21,525 nucleotides of DNA from Utricularia gibba (lineage: Eukaryota > Plantae > Magnoliophyta). Under the pieces are notes generated by a model. It was not told where the DNA came from, made no database searches, and saw only the letters and a program-made list of their open reading frames with translations. The stretch's first letter is position 1; each line of letters opens with the position of its first letter. The position numbers and the translations under genes were made by a program. Of this stretch, positions 11,101 through 18,391 are shown piece by piece. Location: positions 1 through 21,525 of the forward strand of contig NEEC01000510.1 in the NCBI GenBank assembly GCA_002189035.1. Reading direction: 5' to 3'.

Positions 11101-14100
11101 CCAGTCTCGCTGGGAACTTGGTCCTTGACCCCGATTCTGTATGGCTCATGAGGTCAACTGGATGCAAATCGATTAAAAAAAATGATGCATTTGTTTAAAT
11201 TACGATGTCACGTGCACCCCACATGATTTTTTAACAACATACTTTATACATGAGGAGGCGGTCTTGGGGGCACTTGGAACCGGAAAAAGATCAGCTTAGG
11301 CCTTGGCCCAAAGTAAGTTGTAGCCCGGCAAAGAAAGTGATGTATTTATTAACGTTCGGTTTTCGGTGTTGCCTACATGGTTTTTCAAGGAACAGCTTCT
11401 CGTTTTTGGCGGCCAGTCTCGCTAGGAACTTGGTCCGGGCCCGCGATTCTTTATGGCTCATGAGGACAAAAGGATGCAAATCGATGAATACAATGTTGCA
11501 TTTGTTTAAATTGCGATATCACGTGCACCCCACATGATTTTTTCAACAACTTACTTTATACTTGAGCAGGCGGTCTTTGGGTGCACCTGGAACGGACAAA
11601 GGTAAGTTTGGCTTGCCGAGAGTTAGTTGTAGTCCGGCAAATAAAGTGATGTATTTATTATCGTTCGGTTTTCGGGGCTGCCTACATGGTTTTTCAAGGA
11701 ACCGCTTCTCGTTTTGTGGCGGCCAGTCTCGCTGGGAACTTGGTCCTTGACCCCGATTCTGTATGGCTCATGAGGTCAACTGGATGCAAATCGATTAAAA
11801 AAAATGATGCATTTGTTTAAATTACGATGTCACGTGCACCCCACATGATTTTTTTAACAACATACTTTATACATGAGGAGGCGGTCTTGGGGGGCACTTG
11901 GAACCGGAAAAAAAATCAGCTTAGGCCTTGGCCCAAAGTAAGTTGTAGCCCGGCAAAGAAAGTGATGTATTTATTAACGTTCGGTTTTCGGTGTTGCCTA
12001 CATGGTTTTTCAAGGAACAGCTTCTCGTTTTGTGGCGGCCAGTCTCGCTAGGAACTTGGTCCGGGCCCGCGATTCTTTATGGCTCATGAGGACAAAAAGG
12101 ATGCAAATCGATGAATACAATGTTGCATTTGTTAAATTGCGATATCACGTGCACCCCACATGATTTTTTCAACAACTTACTTTATACATGAGGAGGCGGT
12201 CTTGGGGCACTTGGAACGGAAAAGGCTTGGCCTTGCCCAAAGTAAGTTGTAGTCCGGCAAATAAAGTGATGTATTTATTATCGTTCGGTTTTCGGGGCTG
12301 CCTACATGGTTTTTCAAGGAACGCTTCTCGTTTTGTGGCGGCCAGTCTCGCTGGGAACTTGTCCTTGACCCCGATTCTGTATGGCTCATGAGGTCAACTG
12401 GATGCAAATCGATTAAAAAAAATGATGCATTTGTTTAAATTACGATGTCACGTGCACCCCACATGATTTTTTAACAACATACTTTATACATGAGGAGGCG
12501 GTCTTGGGGCACTTGGAACCGGAAAAAGGTCAGCTTAGGCCTTGGCCCAAAGTAAGTTGTAGCCCGGCAAAGAAAGTGATGTATTTATTAACGTTCGGTT
12601 TTCGGTGTTGCCTACATGGTTTTTCAAGGAACAGCTTCTCGTTTTGTGGCGGCCAGTCTCGCTAGGAACTTGGTCCGCCCGATTCTTTATGGCTCATGAG
12701 GACAAAAGGATGCAAATCGATGAATACAATGTTGCATTTGTTTAAATTGCGATATCACGTGCACCCCACATGATTTTTTCAACAACTTACTTTATACTTG
12801 AGAAGGCGGTCTTTGGGTGCACTTGGAACCGGAAAAAGATCAGCTTAGGCTTGGCCCAAAGTAAGTTGTAGCCCGGCAAAGAAAGTGATGTATTTATTAA
12901 CGTTCGGTTTTCGGTTTGCCTACATGGTTTTTCAAGGAACAGCTTCTCGTTTTGTGGCGGCCAGTCTCGCTAGGAACTTGGTCCGGGCCCGATTTATGGC
13001 TCATGAGGACAAAAGGATGCAAATCGATGAATACAATGTTGCATTTGTTTAAATTGCGATATCACGTGCACCCCACATGATTTTTTCAACAACTTACTTT
13101 ATACTTGAGAAGGCGGTCTTTGGGTGCACTTGGAACGGAAAAAGATCAGCTTAGGCCTTGGCCCAAAGTAAGTTGTAGCCCGGCAAAGAAAGTGATGTAT
13201 TTATTAACGTTCGGTTTTCGGTGTTGCCTACATGGTTTTTCAAGGAACAGCTTCTCGTTTTGTGGCGGCCAGTCTCGCTAGGAACTTGGTCCGGGCCCGC
13301 GATTCTTTATGGCTCATGAGGACAAAGGATGCAAATCGATGAATACAATGTTCATTTGTTTAAATTGCGATATCACGTGCACCCACATGATTTTTTCAAC
13401 AACTTACTTTATACTTGAGAAGGCGGTCTTTGGGCACTTGGAACCGGAAAAAGATCAGCTTAGGCCTTGGCCCAAAGTAAGTTGTAGCCCGGCAAAGAAA
13501 GTGATGTATTTATTAACGTTCGGTTTTCGGTGTTGCCTACATGGTTTTTCAAGGAACAGCTTCTCGTTTTGTGGCGGCCAGTCTCGCTAGGAACTTGGTC
13601 CGGGCCCGCGATTCTTTATGGCTCATGAGGACAAAAGGATGCAAATCGATGAATACAATGTTGCATTTGTTTAAATTGCGATATCACGTGCACCCCACAT
13701 GATTTTTTCAACACTTACTTTATACTTGAGAAGGCGGTCTTTGGGTGCACTTGGAACCGGAAAAAGATCAGCTTAGGCCTTGGCCCAAAGTAAGTTGTAG
13801 CCCGGCAAAGAAAGTGATGTATTTATTAACGTTCGGTTTTCGGTGTTGCCTACATGGTTTTTCAAGGAACAGCTTCTCGTTTTGTGGCGGCCAGTCTCGC
13901 TAGGAACTTGGTCCGGGCCCGCGATTCTTTATGGCTCATGAGGACAAAAGGATGCAAATCGATGAATACAATGTTGCATTTGTTTAAATTGCGATATCAC
14001 GTGCACCCCACATGATTTTTTCAACAACTTACTTTATACTTGAGAAGGCGGTCTTTGGGTGCACTTGGAACCGGAAAAAGATCAGCTTAGGCCTTGGCCA

Positions 14101-14354
14101 AAGTAAGTTGTAGCCCGGCAAAGAAAGTGATGTATTTATTAACGTTCGGTTTTCGGTGTTGCCTACATGGTTTTTCAAGGAACAGCTTCTCGTTTTGTGG
14201 CGGCCAGTCTCGCTAGGAACTTGGTCCGGGCCCGCGATTCTTTATGGCTCATGAGGACAAAAGGATGCAAATCGATGAATACAATGTTGCATTTGTTTAA
14301 ATTGCGATATCACGTGCACCCCACATGATTTTTTCAACAACTTACTTTATACTT

Positions 14355-14663
14355 GAGCAGGCGGTCTTTGGGTGCACTGGAACGGGAAAAAGGTAAGGTT
14401 TGGCTTGCAAGAGTTAGTTGTAGTCCGGCAAATAAAGTGATGTATTTATTATCGTTCGGTTTTCGGGGGCTGCCTACATGGTTTTTCAGGAACCGCTTCT
14501 CGTTTGTGGCGGCCAGTCTCGCTGGGAACTTGGTCCTTGACCCGATTCTGTATGGCTCATGAGGTCAACTGGATGCAAATCGATTAAAAAAAATGATCCA
14601 TTTGTTTAAATTACGATGTCACGTGCACCCCACATGATTTTTTTAACAACATACTTTATACAT
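14355..14663. repeat. Isolated type-B monomer in the A domain (unit 47)
   Basis: All B diagnostics present; flanked by A units. Confidence 0.93.
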
Positions 14664-15920
14664 GAGGAGGCGGTCTTGGGGGGCACTGGGAACCGGAAAA
14701 AGATCAGCTTAGGCCTTGGCCCAAAGTAAGTTGTAGCCCGGCAAAGAAAGTGATGTATTTATTAACGTTCGGTTTTCGGTGTTGCCTACATGGTTTTTCA
14801 AGGAACAGCTTCTCGTTTTGTGGCGGCCAGTCTCGCTAGGAACTTGGTCCGGGCCGCGATTCTTTATGGCTCATGAGGACAAAAGGATGCAAATCGATGA
14901 ATACAATGTTGCATTTGTTTAAATTGCGATATCACGAACATATTTTTTCAACACTTAATACTTGAGAAGGCGGTCTTTGGGTGCACTTGGAACCGGAAAA
15001 AGATCAGCTTAGGCCTTGGCCCAAAGTATGTTGTAGCCCGGCAAAGAAAGTGATGTATTTATTAACGTTCGGTTTTCGGTGTTGCCTACATGGTTTTTCA
15101 AGGAACAGCTTCTCGTTTTGTGGCGGCCAGTCTCGCTAGGAACTTGGTCCGGGCCCGCGATTCTTTATGGCTCATGAGGACAAAGGATGCAAATCGATGA
15201 ATACAATGTTGCATTTGTTTAAATTGCGATATCACGTGCACCCCACATGATTTTTCAACAACTTACTTTATACTTGAGAAGGCGGTCTTGGGTGCACTTG
15301 GAAGGAAAAAGATCAGCTTAGGCCTTGGCCCAAAGTAAGTTGTAGCCCGGCAAAGAAAGTGATGTATTTATTAACGTTCGGTTTTCGGTGTTGCCTACAT
15401 GGTTTTTCAAGGAACAGCTTCTCGTTTTGTGGCGGCCAGTCTCGCTAGGAACTTGGTCCGGGCCCGCGATTCTTTATGGCTCATGAGGACAAAAGGATGC
15501 AAATCGATGAATACAATGTTGCATTTGTTTAAATTGCGATATCACGTGCACCCCACATGATTTTTTCAACAACTTACTTTATACTTGAGAAGGCGGTCTT
15601 TGGGTGCACTTGGAACCGGAAAAGATCAGCTTAGGCCTTGGCCCAAAGTAAGTTGTAGCCCGGCAAAGAAAGTGATGTATTTATTAACGTTCGGTTTTCG
15701 GTGTTGCCTACATGGTTTTTCAAGGAACAGCTTCTCGTTTTGTGGCGGCCAGTCTCGCTAGGAACTTGGTCCGGGCCCGCGATTCTTTATGGCTCATGAG
15801 GACAAAAGGATGCAAATCGATGAATACAATGTTGCATTTGTTTAAATTGCGATATCACGTGCACCCCACATGATTTTTTCAACAACTTACTTTATACTTG
15901 AGAAGGCGGTCTTTGGGTGC

Positions 15921-16196
15921 ACTTGGAACCGGAAAAAGATCAGCTTAGGCCTTGGCCCAAAGTAAGTTGTAGCCCGGCAAAGAAAGTGATGTATTTATTA
16001 ACGTTCGGTTTTCGGTGTTGCCTACATGGTTTTTCAAGGAACAGCTTCTCGTTTTGTGGCGGCCAGTCTCGCTAGGAACTTGGTCCGGGCCCGCGATTCT
16101 TTATGGCTCATGAGGACAAAAGGATGCAAATCGATGAATACAATGTTGCATTTGTTTAAATTGCGATATCACGTGCACCCCACATGATTTTTTCAA
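15921..16196. repeat. Cryptic internal ~157-bp direct duplication within the monomer (representative copy)
   Basis: Ungapped comparison of 15921-16023 with 16078-16180 (offset 157) gives 49/103 identities by hand, versus roughly 26% expected by chance. The best block is CCTACATGGTTTTTCAA (16021-16037) versus CCCACATGATTTTTTCAA (16179-16196). Confidence 0.8.
16168..16175. promoter_or_regulatory. RTCACGTG E-box/G-box-type motif, one per monomer (representative copy); function unproven
   Basis: ATCACGTG in A and GTCACGTG in B (e.g. 5116-5123). The CACGTG core is intact in every complete unit except unit 48. Motif match only. Confidence 0.25.
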
Positions 16197-17458
16197 CAAC
16201 TTACTTTATACTTGAGAAGGCGGTCTTTGGGTGCACTTGGAACGGAAAAAGATCAGCTTAGGCTTGGCCCAAAGTATGTTGTAGCCCGGCAAAGAAAGTG
16301 ATGTATTTATTAACGTTCGGTTTTCGGTGTTGCCTACATGGTTTTTCAAGGAACAGCTTCTCGTTTTGTGGCGGCCAGTCTCGCTAGGAACTTGGTCCGG
16401 GCCCGCGATTCTTTATGGCTCATGAGGACAAAGGATGCAAATCGATGAATACAATGTTCCATTTGTTTAAATTGCGATATCACGTGCACCCCACATGATT
16501 TTTTCAACAACTTACTTTATACTTGAGAAGGCGTCTTTGGGCACTTGGAACCGGAAAAAGATCAGCTTAGGCCTTGGCCCAAAGTAAGTTGTAGCCCGGC
16601 AAAGAAAGTGATGTATTTATTAACGTTCGGTTTTCGGTGTTGCCTACATGGTTTTTCAAGGAACAGCTTCTCGTTTTGTGGCGGCCAGTCTCGCTAGGAA
16701 CTTGGTCCGGGCCCGCGATTCTTTATGGCTCATGAGGACAAAAGGATGCAAATCGATGAATACAATGTTGCATTTGTTTAAATTGCGATATCACGTGCAC
16801 CCACATGATTTTTTCAACAACTTACTTTATACTTGAGAGGCGGTCTTTGGGTGCACTTGGAACCGGAAAAAGATCAGCTTAGGCCTTGGCCCAAAGTATG
16901 TTGTAGCCCGGCAAAGAAAGTGATGTATTTATTAACGTTCGGTTTTCGGTGTTGCCTACATGGTTTTTCAAGGAACAGCTTCTCGTTTTGTGGCGGCCAG
17001 TCTCGCTAGGAACTTGGTCCGGGCCCGCGATTCTTATGGCTCATGAGGACAAAAGGATGCAAATCGATGAATACAATGTTGCATTTGTTTAAATTGCGAT
17101 ATCACGTGCACCCCACATGATTTTTTCAACAACTTACTTTATACTTGAGAAGGCGGTCTTTGGGTGCACTTGGAACCGGAAAAAGATCAGCTTAGGCCTT
17201 GGCCCAAAGTAAGTTGTAGCCCGGCAAAGAAAGTGATGTATTTATTAACGTTCGGTTTTCGGTGTTGCCTACATGGTTTTTCAAGGAAGCTTCTCGTTTT
17301 GTGGCGGCCAGTCTCGCTAGGAACTTGGTCCGGGCCCGCGATTCTTTATGGCTCATGAGGACAAAAGGATGCAAATCGATGAATACAATGTTGCATTTGT
17401 TTAAATTGCGATATCACGTGCACCCCACATGATTTTTTCAACAACTTACTTTATACTT

Positions 17459-17768
17459 GAGCAGGCGGTCTTTGGGTGCACTGGAACGGGACAAAGGTAA
17501 GGTTGGCTTGCCGAGAGTTAGTTGCAGTCCGGCAAATAAAGTGATGTATTTATTATCGTTCGGTTTTCGGGGGCTGCCTACATGGTTTTTCAAGGAACCG
17601 CTTCTCGTTTGTGGCGGCCAGTCTCGCTGGGAACTTGGTCCTTGACCCCGATTCTGTATGGCTCATGAGGTCAACTGGATGCAAATCGATTAAAAAAATG
17701 ATCCATTTGTTTAAATTACGATGTCACGTGCACCCCACATGATTTTTTTAACAACATACTTTATACAT
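17459..17768. repeat. Isolated type-B monomer in the A domain (unit 57)
   Basis: All B diagnostics present; flanked by A units. Confidence 0.93.
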
Positions 17769-18080
17769 GAGGAAGCGGTCTTGGGGGCACTGGGAACCGG
17801 AAAAAGATCAGCTTAGGCCTTGGCCCAAAGTAAGTTGTAGCCCGGCAAAGAAAGTGATGTATTTATTAACGTTCGGTTTTCGGTGTTGCCTACATGGTTT
17901 TTCAAGGAACAGCTTCTCGTTTTGTGGCGGCCAGTCTCGCTAGGAACTTGGTCCGGGCCCGCGATTCTTTATGGCTCATGAGGACAAAAGGATGCAAATC
18001 GATGAATACAATGTTGCATTTGTTTAAATTCGATATCACGTGCACCCCACATGATTTTTTCAACAACTTACTTTATACTT

Positions 18081-18391
18081 GAGCAGGCGGTCTTTGGGTG
18101 CACCTGGAACGGGACAAAGGTAAGGTTTGGCTTGCATCGAGAGTTAGTTGTAGTCCGGCAAATAAAGTGATGTATTTATTATCGTTCGGTTTTCGGGGTG
18201 CCTACATGGTTTTTCAGGAACCGCTTCTCGTTTGTGGCGGCCAGTCTCGCTGGGAACTTGGTCCTTGACCCCGATTCTGTATGGCTCATGAGGTCAACTG
18301 GATGCAAATCGATTAAAAAAATGATCCATTTGTTTAAATTACGATGTCACGTGCACCCCACATGATTTTTTTAACAACATACTTTATACAT
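18081..18391. repeat. Isolated type-B monomer in the A domain (unit 59)
   Basis: All B diagnostics present; flanked by A units. Confidence 0.93.

Larger units (their letters stand above)
1..12799. repeat. Alternating A/B dimeric higher-order repeat domain (about 628-bp period)
   Basis: Diagnostic sites alternate unit by unit. A: TTAACG, AACAGC, CTAGG, CCGGGCCCGCG, GGACAAAAGG, GATATC. B: TTATCG, AACCGC, CTGGG, CCTTGACCCCG, GGTCAACTGG, GATGTC. There are 20 B-type units and one A/B chimera among units 1-41. Confidence 0.95.
15900..16213. repeat. Representative type-A monomer (314 bp)
   Basis: Full-length copy matching the majority of A units. Carries A-specific AGGCCT, AACGTT, GGGCCC and GATATC. 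Hand count G=77, C=63, CpG=15. Confidence 0.95.

Noticed and set aside
16003-16016. CENP-B box-like TTCG...CGG(G)
   Set aside because: TTCGGTTTTCGG(GG) has the wrong spacing and lacks the conserved A of TTCGNNNNANNCGGG.
15900-16213. Ten palindromic hexamers in the A monomer
   Set aside because: About five are expected, so the excess is modest in one short sequence, and four are lost in B. They are useful only as diagnostic restriction sites.
16173-16236. Inverted repeat GTGCACCC...GGGTGCAC with a 48-bp spacer
   Set aside because: An 8-bp inverted repeat is expected roughly once by chance in 314 bp, and it is broken in the C-type junction variant.
16168-16260. Budding-yeast point centromere (CDEI-CDEII-CDEIII)
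   Set aside because: Only the CDEI-like 8-mer is present; there is no ~80-bp >90% AT tract and no CDEIII.
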